Below, piece by piece: positions 9,453-18,279 of a DNA stretch of 64,000 bases (its first letter is position 1; the number at the start of each line of letters is the position of its first letter). The notes below the pieces were generated by a model. That model made no database searches, was not told the DNA's origin, and worked only from the letters and a program-made list of their open reading frames with translations. The position numbers were made by a program, and so were the translations under genes. This stretch comes from Candidatus Aenigmatarchaeota archaeon (GTDB taxonomy: Archaea > Aenigmatarchaeota > Aenigmatarchaeia > PWEA01 > JACQIF01), in assembly GCA_016432325.1 (NCBI GenBank), contig CP066684.1:800001-864000 (forward strand). Reading direction: 5' to 3'.

Positions 9453-9536
9453 TAATACCCCGAACGATAATAAAGGCCGCCAGGGCGGTTTGCGCAGCTC
9501 TCGGTCTTTTTATTACTATCGTCGCATATATCGTCT

Positions 9537-10346
9537 ATGAACTCGAAACGAGAGAATTTCGAAAGATTGAGAACCCGGAGGGAATTGTGGGAGCTAAAAC
9601 GCCGTGAACAGGCCTTTTATGAAGGATTTCCTAGAAGCGGGTCCGCCGCGACATTCGAAAGAGACGCTGTAGACACAGACACTATTAGGAGGCATCGCAG
9701 TAAACTAGCTTTTCCGCAGCTTGTGCATGCGCGCCTCGGCCTAGTTGAAGATTATTACGAACTCCTCGAGCACATGCAGTTTTTACAGTACGCGAAGGCC
9801 GTCTTCGAGGGGGGCGCGAAAGTAAAGACCCGTGCAAAATATTTCACGAAACTGAACACGATAAACCCATCCACATTCCATCAGAGTCGGTATCCAGTTA
9901 AGGTCCATGAGCGGGGCTGGGGATACTCTGCGAATTCTAGCACAGATCAGGAAACGGTTGAAAAGATAGACCTTGAACTCGTACGTCTGGAAGCCAGACT
10001 GGACAAACACCCAGTCCGCGGCACGGTGCTGGAAAAAATACCCATCGGGACAAAGCCAATGTGGCGCGAGTATATAGCGGGGATGAAATCTTCCGGTCGA
10101 ATCGTACGCTTCCTATATGAATCCGAAGAGAAGAGGCAGGAAAGACTTGAAGAAATAAAGGATGCCGTGACTGCGAGATGGCGTCATGTAACCCCATCCG
10201 ATCCTGAATCATATAAACGCTACAAAGGCGCCGTCTTTGGGTTGAAGAAAGAGGCCGCCCTAATAGGCGCGGAAAGGGCCGCAATATATTTCGTTTCGGA
10301 ATTCGAGAGGCAAAGGCGACAGGCCCCGCCTCTGCCCGACGCCTAA
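9537..10346 (+). CDS. hypothetical protein
   Basis: 269-aa ORF, lower GC than the flanks. Confidence 0.6.
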   Translation: MNSKRENFERLRTRRELWELKRREQAFYEGFPRSGSAATFERDAVDTDTIRRHRSKLAFPQLVHARLGLVEDYYELLEHMQFLQYAKAVFEGGAKVKTRAKYFTKLNTINPSTFHQSRYPVKVHERGWGYSANSSTDQETVEKIDLELVRLEARLDKHPVRGTVLEKIPIGTKPMWREYIAGMKSSGRIVRFLYESEEKRQERLEEIKDAVTARWRHVTPSDPESYKRYKGAVFGLKKEAALIGAERAAIYFVSEFERQRRQAPPLPDA

Positions 10347-10388
10347 ACAAATGTCATTCTTATTTCGGCTCGTACAAAAACATATTCC

Positions 10389-10565
10389 ATGGAAGCTCTC
10401 CTGTACAACAGAAGCGGCTCGCCTGCTCCATGCGACTTCTGCGGCACGCCGATATCGGACTTGGGCCTCGGTTTCCACGACCACATAAAAACAAGCGAAG
10501 GCTGCAGCGCGCAGTACGAGGCGTGGCTCGAGCGCATCAAGCAGGACCATCCAGAAGGGGACTAG
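10389..10565 (+). CDS. small zinc-finger protein (CDFCG...H...C), 58 aa
   Basis: Hand translation MEALLYNRSGSPAPCDFCGTPISDLGLGFHDHIKTSEGCSAQYEAWLERIKQDHPEGD; below the ORF-track cutoff. Confidence 0.7.
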   Translation: MEALLYNRSGSPAPCDFCGTPISDLGLGFHDHIKTSEGCSAQYEAWLERIKQDHPEGD

Positions 10566-10633
10566 ATAAATATTCGCTGCCTTCGACAACGCCCAAGAGA
10601 GGGTTTAAATTGTTATCGTTGCCAACAAAGGGC

Positions 10634-11248
10634 ATGGCAACATCACTTCAGATGCTCCGAATAGAGCCTAAAATAGTTGGCGGTAAAACGGTCATTCCAG
10701 CCTTCGAACTCGCCAACCAGATAGAGTTTCCACAGCAAAACGGTCGCTATCTGACAGCCGCAGAGCATCAGGCCCGCGGACTCGCGACGCTCGGCATGTT
10801 TCGCCACGCTTTCGATACTTCTCCATATTTCAAACAGGCCATCCACGCCCAGCGCGGTTGCGGCGAATGGACCTCGACCGCGTGGGAAGACGGTCGTTAC
10901 GTGCACGAAGGAGGCCGTCTCGTACGCGACGGAAACGCTTGGGAATACGAAGGCGGTACGCGCACGAAGGTGCGAATGCCTGAAGACGGCTGGGGACTCG
11001 AATACCATCCCACGCTTGGCGTTCCTACGAAAACAGGCGACAGAGAAGACGCCGTAGCGAAGTTCGGCCAGGACGCTTCATATTTCTTGGGCGACAAAGA
11101 AGGCTTTAGGCCCGTGATTCGGGGTCGCAGCCTCGGCGACCGCGGGCCCTTCGACGTCGGCGCGAGCTGTGGGCCTGGCGCCGGGAACTCGGTCGTTGGT
11201 GGTCGTGCGTGCCGTAGGTCAGGACTAATGAGATTGGCAAAGGAATAG
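10634..11248 (+). CDS. CLec-fold-like protein, probable DGR target
   Basis: GEWT motif and C-terminal PVIRG...GPFDVGA...P...SVVGGRACR with NNC/NNT codons; start moved to ATG 10634 after a TTTAAA box. Confidence 0.7.
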   Translation: MATSLQMLRIEPKIVGGKTVIPAFELANQIEFPQQNGRYLTAAEHQARGLATLGMFRHAFDTSPYFKQAIHAQRGCGEWTSTAWEDGRYVHEGGRLVRDGNAWEYEGGTRTKVRMPEDGWGLEYHPTLGVPTKTGDREDAVAKFGQDASYFLGDKEGFRPVIRGRSLGDRGPFDVGASCGPGAGNSVVGGRACRRSGLMRLAKE

Positions 11249-11306
11249 ACGACATCATTTCAAGATATGGAATAAGAGAATAGACTCCACCCCCAGTAAA
11301 AAGCAA

Positions 11307-12590
11307 CTAGACGTCAATCGTATCCCCGACGGCAGGCGCGACGGCGTCAAAGCCGTGCTCTTCCTTGAGCGCCGCGGCGAACTTCTTGGTGTCCTCCCCG
11401 TGGATGCAGACGACGCGTTCCGGATTCAACGTTTTGATGTAGTTCACGAGTTCGCTCCTGCCCGCGTGCGCAGAGAAGTCGAGCTTTTCAAACGGAACCT
11501 TGAGCTTGAACTCCTTCTTCTCCGTCTTGTAGACGCCTGTCTCGAGAAGCGCTTTTCCCGCGGAGCCTTCGGCCTGGAAGCCCGTCATTGCCAGATACGA
11601 GTTTCTGTCATCCTTCAGGTGTTCGAGGTAATGAGCGACAGGACCGCCGTTGAGCATGCCGGAAGTCGTGATGATTACGCACGGATGCTTCTTCTTGAGA
11701 ATCTTCTCGCGCGCTTGGTTGTTCGTCACTTTCTTTGCTCTGGCGAACACGCGCTGGAGCATCTGCGGGTATCTCAGGAACTCCGAGTAGCGCAGGGCGA
11801 TGGCCGTAGCGTCGCGGCACATGCCGTCCACGTATATCGGCACGTCGATGCCGTACTTTTCCAGCACGAGCAAGAGTTCCTGTGCGCGGCCGACTGCGAA
11901 CGAAGAGACCAGCGCGACGCCGTCATTGTTCACGGCTTCGCGTATGCGCTTTATCAGGTGCTTCTCTGTCTCGTCGCGGTTCGGATGCTCTTTCGTTCCG
12001 TAGGTGGACTCTATTATCAGCGTCTTCACGTCCTCGCGCACCGGACTCAGGCCGTTCAGGAGCTCTGTCTTTTCGACCTTCATGTCGCCTGTGTAGACCA
12101 CGACTCCTTTTCCTGTGTCTATCACGGCCTGCCCCGAGCCCGGGATGTGGCCCGCGTCGTAGAACATCACCTGCGAGTTGCCTATCTCGAACTGCTGGCC
12201 GTAGGCGACGCGAAACGCGTTGGCGTACATCGTGGAGACGTCCTTGGAGAAATACCCGATGCCGTGGCCCTTGATTTTGGCGAGCTTGAGGCTGTCCTTC
12301 AAAAGCAGGTCCATCAGGTCGAGAGTGGTCGCGGACGCATGCACCGGCCCTCGATAGCCGCGGTTGTAGAGAGAAGGCACGAAACCGCCGTGGTCCAGGT
12401 GGGCGTGCGAGACTACGACGCCGTCGAGTTTAACGGACGCCGCCATCGGGAACGCGGGCTGGTCAACGCCCTCCGCGCCTGTGACGACCTTTATTCCGTA
12501 GTCCATCAATATGCGTTCGCTTCCTGTGTCCAGCACGAATCCGGAACGGCCGACCTCTTGGGCGGCGCCGAGGCATTGTAACTTCATCAT
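11307..12590 (-). CDS. beta-CASP metallo-beta-lactamase ribonuclease (aCPSF-like, no KH domains)
   Basis: GAAQEVGRS, SHAHLDH, AGHIPGS, ESTYG, GRAQE, FSAHA, IHGE. Confidence 0.92.
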   Translation of the reverse strand: MMKLQCLGAAQEVGRSGFVLDTGSERILMDYGIKVVTGAEGVDQPAFPMAASVKLDGVVVSHAHLDHGGFVPSLYNRGYRGPVHASATTLDLMDLLLKDSLKLAKIKGHGIGYFSKDVSTMYANAFRVAYGQQFEIGNSQVMFYDAGHIPGSGQAVIDTGKGVVVYTGDMKVEKTELLNGLSPVREDVKTLIIESTYGTKEHPNRDETEKHLIKRIREAVNNDGVALVSSFAVGRAQELLLVLEKYGIDVPIYVDGMCRDATAIALRYSEFLRYPQMLQRVFARAKKVTNNQAREKILKKKHPCVIITTSGMLNGGPVAHYLEHLKDDRNSYLAMTGFQAEGSAGKALLETGVYKTEKKEFKLKVPFEKLDFSAHAGRSELVNYIKTLNPERVVCIHGEDTKKFAAALKEEHGFDAVAPAVGDTIDV

Positions 12591-12660
12591 CAAAATCCTG
12601 TGCGACGTTTCCCACAAGCGCTTATATAGCTTCTTCTTGAAGTCTTCTTCGGTGTCCCTG

Positions 12661-13363
12661 ATGAGCAACGGCCTTTACGAGAAACGTCTTTGGCGTTAGA
12701 ATAGGAGTTCTCGGAGGCATAGGCCCTGAAGCAACGGCGCTTTTCTACAGGAAGCTCATCCTGCGGCTGCAGAAGAGAGGCACGATACGGAGCAACGGCG
12801 ACTACCCCCAGATAATCATCAACAGCATTCCGGCTCCGGAGCTGGTCGGCGAGATATCAGACGAACACCTCAAGCCGTTCGTTCGCGGACTCAAAGAGCT
12901 CGACTCGTTTGGCGTTGACTTCATAGTGATGGCCTGCAACACGATACACCTCTTTCATGGAAAATTGCAGAAGGAAGTGCGCGCTCCCATCCTAGACCTG
13001 CGTGTTGCCGTAAATAAGTCCCTCGAAAGACGCGGAGTGAGGAACGCCCTGATTATTGGGACGCCTAATACCGTGAAACGGAAATTATACGGGTTTGGCG
13101 GGCGCCTTATTGAGCCTGACGCGGAAGAAACAGAACGCCTCGCGCAGGCGATTCTGAACTTCAACAGAGGAGTGGACAAGGAAGCCCAGGTCGAGATCAC
13201 AAGGACAATCTGCAGACGCCATTTGGATAACGGCGCAGAAGCGGTCTTGCTGGCCTGCACGGAGTTCGCGGTGATGCTCGACGGCGAACCGCAGACAATA
13301 AGCACAATAGACGTGTTGGTGGATGCCGTGATGGAAAAGTTCGTGTCTCCCACAAACGCTTAA
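12661..13363 (+). CDS. aspartate/glutamate racemase-family protein with predicted 34-nt intron (12666-12699)
   Basis: RIGVLGGIGPEAT, MACNT and LACTE motifs. No in-frame start unless 12666-12699 is removed, which gives MRIGVLGG. Confidence 0.8.
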
Positions 13364-13446
13364 ATACTTTCTTTGCGAATGGGGCTCAGGTGGACAAGAT
13401 GGGTGAGGGCCTTTATTGGTGGGTGCCTTTATCGCTTCTGGCGGTA

Positions 13447-13640
13447 ATGGGCGGAACAGGAACAGTCGAGTAGAACAACCCTGTCTTGCGACTATTGCTC
13501 AAATCGACGACCGCGGGCGCATCTTCCTTCCAGCCATGCTCAGGAAGCGGTTGGGAATAGAAAGAGACGCGGCGTTCATGCTGATACTCGACCCGGACGG
13601 TTTCTTGGTGCTGATGCCAACCACGAGAGAGGGGAAATAG
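13447..13640 (+). CDS. AbrB/MazE/SpoVT-family DNA-binding protein with predicted short intron (13463-13485 or 13470-13495)
   Basis: AQIDDRGRIFLPAMLRKRLGI. ATG 13447 is out of frame and followed by TAG unless the insert is removed. Alternative start TTG/GTG at 13416/13419. Confidence 0.7.
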
Positions 13641-13641
13641 G

Positions 13642-13836
13642 ATGGGTCTTCTTGAATACATTAGGAGAGAGCTTATAGTTGGATGGCGTGTCTCGGAGCG
13701 GATGGGCGACGTTGATATGGTGTTGGCCCGTTACGGTGATTCGTGGGCTCTCGAGAAACTCACCGCGATGATGGAGGAGGAGGCCCTCAGGTACAGGCGC
13801 GAAACACGTGGGAGTTCCGAAAGCCTTAATAAATGA
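13642..13836 (+). CDS. hypothetical protein
   Basis: 64-aa ORF coupled to the AbrB gene. Confidence 0.5.
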   Translation: MGLLEYIRRELIVGWRVSERMGDVDMVLARYGDSWALEKLTAMMEEEALRYRRETRGSSESLNK

Positions 13837-13849
13837 CTAAGGGAGAACA

Positions 13850-14317
13850 GTGAACATGGGTCTTGAAGTCGAGAAAAGGCTGGAAGAGAAGGGCATTTCG
13901 TACAGGCTCATAGAGCTTGAAGGGAGAGCCGTGTCTGTGAAAGATGTGCTGGCCCTTGCCAAGGAGAAGATAAAACTCGAAGAGGTGTGCAAGACTATAG
14001 TGGCGAAGGACGGCAAAGGCAACAGCTATGCATTCGTCCTCAAGGGCAACCAAAAGATAGACATGGCCAAAGCCGAACGTCTCGTAGGAGGAGGTCTCAG
14101 AATAGCGAGACCCGAGGAAGTGGAGGATGCCGCGGGCGTCGAGCCCGGCGCTGTGTGCCCGCTCCTGCTGGAGATTCCCATACTTGTTGACAGGCGGGTC
14201 TTGGATACCGAAAGGATAAACTTCGGTTCCGGAGACCATCTGTATGGGGTGGAAATCTCGACGAAGGATTTGGAGAAGGTCATCGAGTTTCGCGTGGCGG
14301 ATTTTGCGAAGGTGTGA
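13850..14317 (+). CDS. YbaK/ProX-family aminoacyl-tRNA deacylase
   Basis: VCKTIV, GVEPGAVCP, NFGSG. Confidence 0.9.
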   Translation: MNMGLEVEKRLEEKGISYRLIELEGRAVSVKDVLALAKEKIKLEEVCKTIVAKDGKGNSYAFVLKGNQKIDMAKAERLVGGGLRIARPEEVEDAAGVEPGAVCPLLLEIPILVDRRVLDTERINFGSGDHLYGVEISTKDLEKVIEFRVADFAKV

Positions 14318-15687
14318 ACATGGACATGGAGAAAAGGATGGAACTGATAAAACAAGTAGGAGAGGAGATATTAACCGAAGAAGAACTACGAGAACTTCTT
14401 GCCAAGAAACGCGATCCCATCGCCTACGACGGCTTTGAGCCTTCCGGACGCATGCACATTGCGCAGGGAATTTTGCGTGCGATTAATATTAACAAGATGA
14501 CCCGTGCCGGCTGCAAATTCAAGATGCTTGTTGCGGATTGGCACGCCTGGGCTAACAACAAGATGGGGGGCGACCTCGATGCGATTCAGATGGTAGGCGA
14601 ATACATGATAGAGGTCTGGCGAGCCAGCGGTATGGAACTGGACAACGTGGAGTTTGTCTGGGCCTCGGACCTAGCAAAGGACGACGAGTACTGGAAAATC
14701 GTTATGAACGTTGCCCGCGCGTCGACGCTCAATCGTATTATACGCACCGCACAAATAATGGGACGATCGGAACGTGACACTCTCTCGGCCGCGCAGATAC
14801 TCTATCCATGCATGCAGGCCGCGGACATCTTCTACCTGAAAGCCGACATAACACAACTCGGCATGGACCAGAGGAAGGTGAACGTTCTGGCTCGCGAGCT
14901 GGGGCCGTCGCTTGGGTTTTGGAAACCTGTTGTTGTTTCGCACCATATGCTGATGGGACTTGTGGAACCCACTACAAAACCACATATAGCTACAAGGCAT
15001 CTGGATCTTCAGGGAACGTTGCCTTTGCCCAACGGAGGACAATTAAGAATAAAATCAGTTCCATCACAAAAAGGACTTTTACCAGTTTTAAACCATCCTG
15101 CCTATGGCGGCCGAGGATTTAGTGCAAAATTCTTTTACACTCCACCAAAATCAGTGACAGCGACAGAGGAAGAATTGTGGCAACGGGAATTAACAAACCT
15201 TGATGGGATCGGGGTCAAACTTATATCTCTCGATCAAATGACAGGTGAAGCTCAGTTGGAAATAATTTCAGGACCTTCAGCAGAAGAGCGGGCGATGGCG
15301 ATGAAGATGTCCAAATCGGTCCCAGACAGCGCGATATTCATGACAGACTCCGTAGACGATATTAGCGAGAAGATATCGAAAGCGTACTGTCCAGAAAAGC
15401 AGACAAACGAGAATCCGATTTTGGAATATTGCAGGCATATTATTTTCGGGTTGAACGAAGAGATGAAAATAAGCAGATCGGCCAAATGGGGTGGTAATGT
15501 AACGTATAGTTCATACGGTGAGCTTGAAAGGGACTATGCCGGCGGGAAGTTGCACCCAATGGATTTGAAAGCCGCCGTGATAAAATATTTGGTGAAAGCA
15601 GTCGAGCCGATACAAAAGCACTTCTCCAAGAACAAGAAAGCCGCCGAACTTCTGAAGTTCGTGGAAGGCGCGAAGGTGACCAGATGA
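14314..15687 (+). CDS. tyrS: tyrosine--tRNA ligase with ~95-aa insertion before KMSKS
   Basis: YDGFEPSG, HIAQ, YPCMQAAD, GMDQRK, KMSKS, LHPMDLK. Confidence 0.97.
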   Translation: MNMDMEKRMELIKQVGEEILTEEELRELLAKKRDPIAYDGFEPSGRMHIAQGILRAININKMTRAGCKFKMLVADWHAWANNKMGGDLDAIQMVGEYMIEVWRASGMELDNVEFVWASDLAKDDEYWKIVMNVARASTLNRIIRTAQIMGRSERDTLSAAQILYPCMQAADIFYLKADITQLGMDQRKVNVLARELGPSLGFWKPVVVSHHMLMGLVEPTTKPHIATRHLDLQGTLPLPNGGQLRIKSVPSQKGLLPVLNHPAYGGRGFSAKFFYTPPKSVTATEEELWQRELTNLDGIGVKLISLDQMTGEAQLEIISGPSAEERAMAMKMSKSVPDSAIFMTDSVDDISEKISKAYCPEKQTNENPILEYCRHIIFGLNEEMKISRSAKWGGNVTYSSYGELERDYAGGKLHPMDLKAAVIKYLVKAVEPIQKHFSKNKKAAELLKFVEGAKVTR

Positions 15688-15737
15688 AAACGCGCGGCGT
15701 TTTCAAAGTTACCTCCAACGGGGTCGGTAACCGATGA
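15676..15737 (+). repeat. hairpin element between duplicated tyrS-stop/serS-start sequence
   Basis: GGTGACCAGATGA ... TGAAAACGC-GCG-GCGTTTTCA ... GTTACC ... GGTAACCGATGA. Confidence 0.65.
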
Positions 15738-17002
15738 TCGACATAGAACTCCTGAGAAAAGATGCGGACGCAGTGCGCGCGAATCTCGCGCGCCGCCACA
15801 AGCCCGAGCTGCTCGAACTGCTGGACTCGGTCATCGAGATGGACGAAAAATGGAGAAAGGCGCAAGGCGAACTGGACGCTCTGCGCGCCAAGCGCAACGA
15901 GCTCACCGAACAGATACGCAAGAAGAAAGACGCGAAGCTGATAGCGCAAGCGCGCGACGCCAGCGCGCATGTGAAGGCCCTCGAAGACGAAGTGGCGTTC
16001 CTCAAGCCGAAGCTTGATTTCGAGCTCTCAAAGATTCCTGTGATGCTGCACAAAGACGTGCCGGACGGAAAAGACGCGAACGACAATCCCGTCGTCCGTA
16101 CGTGGGGCAAGCAGACAAAACCGAAATTCGCGCTCGCGTCTCATGGGGAACTTATCGAGGCTCTGGGAATCGGGGACTTCGACAGGGCGTCGGAGATCGC
16201 CGGACGCGGATTCAACTACATCATGGGCGACCTGGCTCTTCTTGACAGGGCGCTGCAGGCGTATGGAATTGAATTTCTGATAAAGAACGGCTTCAGGTTC
16301 GTCGAGCCGCCGCTGATGATAAGGAAGCGCCCGATGGAAGGCACAACGGACTTCCAGGCGTTCATAGACGTCCTCTACAAGATAGAAGGGGAAGACCTGT
16401 ACCTCATTCCTTCGTCCGAGAACTCGCTCGTCCCGTTCTATATGGACCAAGTCATCGATGAAGACGAACTGCCGCTAAAGATAGTCGGCGTCAGCCCGTG
16501 CTTCCGCAAGGAGATCGGTTCGCACAGCGTCGACACCAAGGGTCTCTACCGCATGCACCAGTTCAACAAGGTCGAGGAAGTCGTAATCTGCAAACCCGAA
16601 GACTCGTGGAAGTGGTTCGAGAAATTGCAGGCGATAAGCGAGGATATTTTGCAGTCGCTCAAGATACCTTACCGCGTCGTCGACATCTGCACAGGCGATA
16701 TCGGCTCGAAACAGTCGCGCCAGTACGACATAGAAGCGTGGTTCCCGCGGCAGGGCAAGTACGGCGAGATCACATCCTGTTCGAACTGCGTCGACTATCA
16801 GGCGCGCGGCCTGAACATGAAGTACGGCAAGCGCGGCGGCTCGCGCGCGTTCGTGCACACTCTGAACAACACGTGCGTCGCCACTTCGCGCATAATGGTC
16901 GCGATTCTCGAGAACTTCCAGAACGAGGACGGCACAGTCGACGTTCCGAAGGTGCTGTGGCCGTACATGATGGGACGGAAGACGATTGGGAAGGCGAAGT
17001 GA
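15734..17002 (+). CDS. serS: serine--tRNA ligase
   Basis: CFRKE, GLYRMHQFNKVE, EITSCSNC, HTLNNT. Confidence 0.97.
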   Translation: MIDIELLRKDADAVRANLARRHKPELLELLDSVIEMDEKWRKAQGELDALRAKRNELTEQIRKKKDAKLIAQARDASAHVKALEDEVAFLKPKLDFELSKIPVMLHKDVPDGKDANDNPVVRTWGKQTKPKFALASHGELIEALGIGDFDRASEIAGRGFNYIMGDLALLDRALQAYGIEFLIKNGFRFVEPPLMIRKRPMEGTTDFQAFIDVLYKIEGEDLYLIPSSENSLVPFYMDQVIDEDELPLKIVGVSPCFRKEIGSHSVDTKGLYRMHQFNKVEEVVICKPEDSWKWFEKLQAISEDILQSLKIPYRVVDICTGDIGSKQSRQYDIEAWFPRQGKYGEITSCSNCVDYQARGLNMKYGKRGGSRAFVHTLNNTCVATSRIMVAILENFQNEDGTVDVPKVLWPYMMGRKTIGKAK

Positions 17003-17007
17003 CGCGT

Positions 17008-17526
17008 ATGGAAGACCTTCACGCACGATGGCCGCATCGGTGGCTGACGCCGAAGGCTGTCGTGAAATCCTCTAGAATACACGGTTTGGGAATTTTCTGC
17101 GGGGGGGACATCGCCAAAGGAGAGACCGTTCTTGTTGCCGGCGGTGTAATAGTCCCGTGCTCTGAAATATCCGAGTATCGCAAGATAATGGGCATCGATG
17201 TGGGCGCCCAGATAGACGACGACTTCTTTATATGCCCAACGAACAGGGAAGAACTTGAAGATAGGGGAGTTGTCAATCACTCGTGCAATCCAAATATCGG
17301 CATGGTAAATTCAATATCGCTGGGAGCCTTACGAAAAATAAGAGCCGATGAAGAACTCGTAATGGACTACGCCTTCCACGAAACGTCGTTTGAGCCCTTC
17401 AAATGCAACTGCGGCTCCGCGAACTGCCGCGGCACGATAAGACCGACGGACTGGCGGCTGCCCGAACTGCAGAAGAAGTACGGCAAGTACTTCTCGCCGT
17501 ACCTGCAAAGGAAGTTCATGAAATAG
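17008..17526 (+). CDS. SET-domain protein with post-SET motif
   Basis: IHGLGIF, NHSCNPN, EELVMDY, CNCGSANCRG. Confidence 0.9.
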   Translation: MEDLHARWPHRWLTPKAVVKSSRIHGLGIFCGGDIAKGETVLVAGGVIVPCSEISEYRKIMGIDVGAQIDDDFFICPTNREELEDRGVVNHSCNPNIGMVNSISLGALRKIRADEELVMDYAFHETSFEPFKCNCGSANCRGTIRPTDWRLPELQKKYGKYFSPYLQRKFMK

Positions 17527-18174
17527 TCATTTAACAAACTTGACTTTCGCTTCTCCGTCTTTCAACTCTACCACGCTCAAAGCCGTCGCCGTGTTAAGAA
17601 TCGTCGTCTTGCCGACCTTGTAGATTCCTTTCGCCTCGTGTATGTGTCCGCACACTATAAGCAGGGGCTGGAAGTCGTCTACTATCTTTCTCAGGCCTTC
17701 GTCTCCTGCGTCCTCGTCAAAGCCCCACGCGGTAGCGAAGTCGGCCTTGGTCTTGTATGGGGGTATGTGGTTCACTATGATGGTTCGTTCAGGCTTGCAG
17801 CCCTTCAGGACGCTCTTCAGCACGTCAGAACGCAGATGGCGGAACGCGTAGACCAGAGGAAGAGAAAGATCCATCAGACCCACAATCGTGTAACCGTTCA
17901 GCTCGACTTTTTCCATCCCAAGCAGGTGGAAGGCCGGGCTGGCGAGCGCGACTATCTTGAGAAACTCCGGGTCATCGAAGTTCCCTGCAACGACGTACGC
18001 CGGGACTCCGAGATTCGCTATGCCCTCCGCGACATCCTCGGCGCTGCCGTCTTCCCACGGATGGGGAATCATGTCGCCTGCGTACAGAAAGGCAGCGGGC
18101 TTCTCCTTCTTCACAACCTTCTCAAGACTCTTCGGCAGCGTGCCGTGGAAATCCGAGCCACATAAGAGTTTCAT
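17527..18174 (-). CDS. calcineurin-like metallophosphoesterase
   Basis: SDFHG, AGD, GNFD, HIPP, CGHIHE. Confidence 0.88.
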   Translation of the reverse strand: MKLLCGSDFHGTLPKSLEKVVKKEKPAAFLYAGDMIPHPWEDGSAEDVAEGIANLGVPAYVVAGNFDDPEFLKIVALASPAFHLLGMEKVELNGYTIVGLMDLSLPLVYAFRHLRSDVLKSVLKGCKPERTIIVNHIPPYKTKADFATAWGFDEDAGDEGLRKIVDDFQPLLIVCGHIHEAKGIYKVGKTTILNTATALSVVELKDGEAKVKFVK

Positions 18175-18279
18175 CGAGCCTCACCATACGCCTCGATGAG
18201 ACTTTCAAACCGCAGTTTGATATGCTTCATACGTTGCCTACGTTCGCAGGTATAAAAAAGGTTGTTTCGTACGTAGCGT

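Noticed and set aside
11355-12581. Long antisense ORFs (also 4157-5194, 35983-37323, 43285-44727, 46809-48716 and others)
   Set aside because: They are shadow frames of well-supported genes, expected from GC-rich codon usage.
14970-15275. Intein or BHB intron in tyrS
   Set aside because: No intein terminal residues or homing endonuclease motifs, and no terminal BHB pairing found; kept only as an inserted domain.
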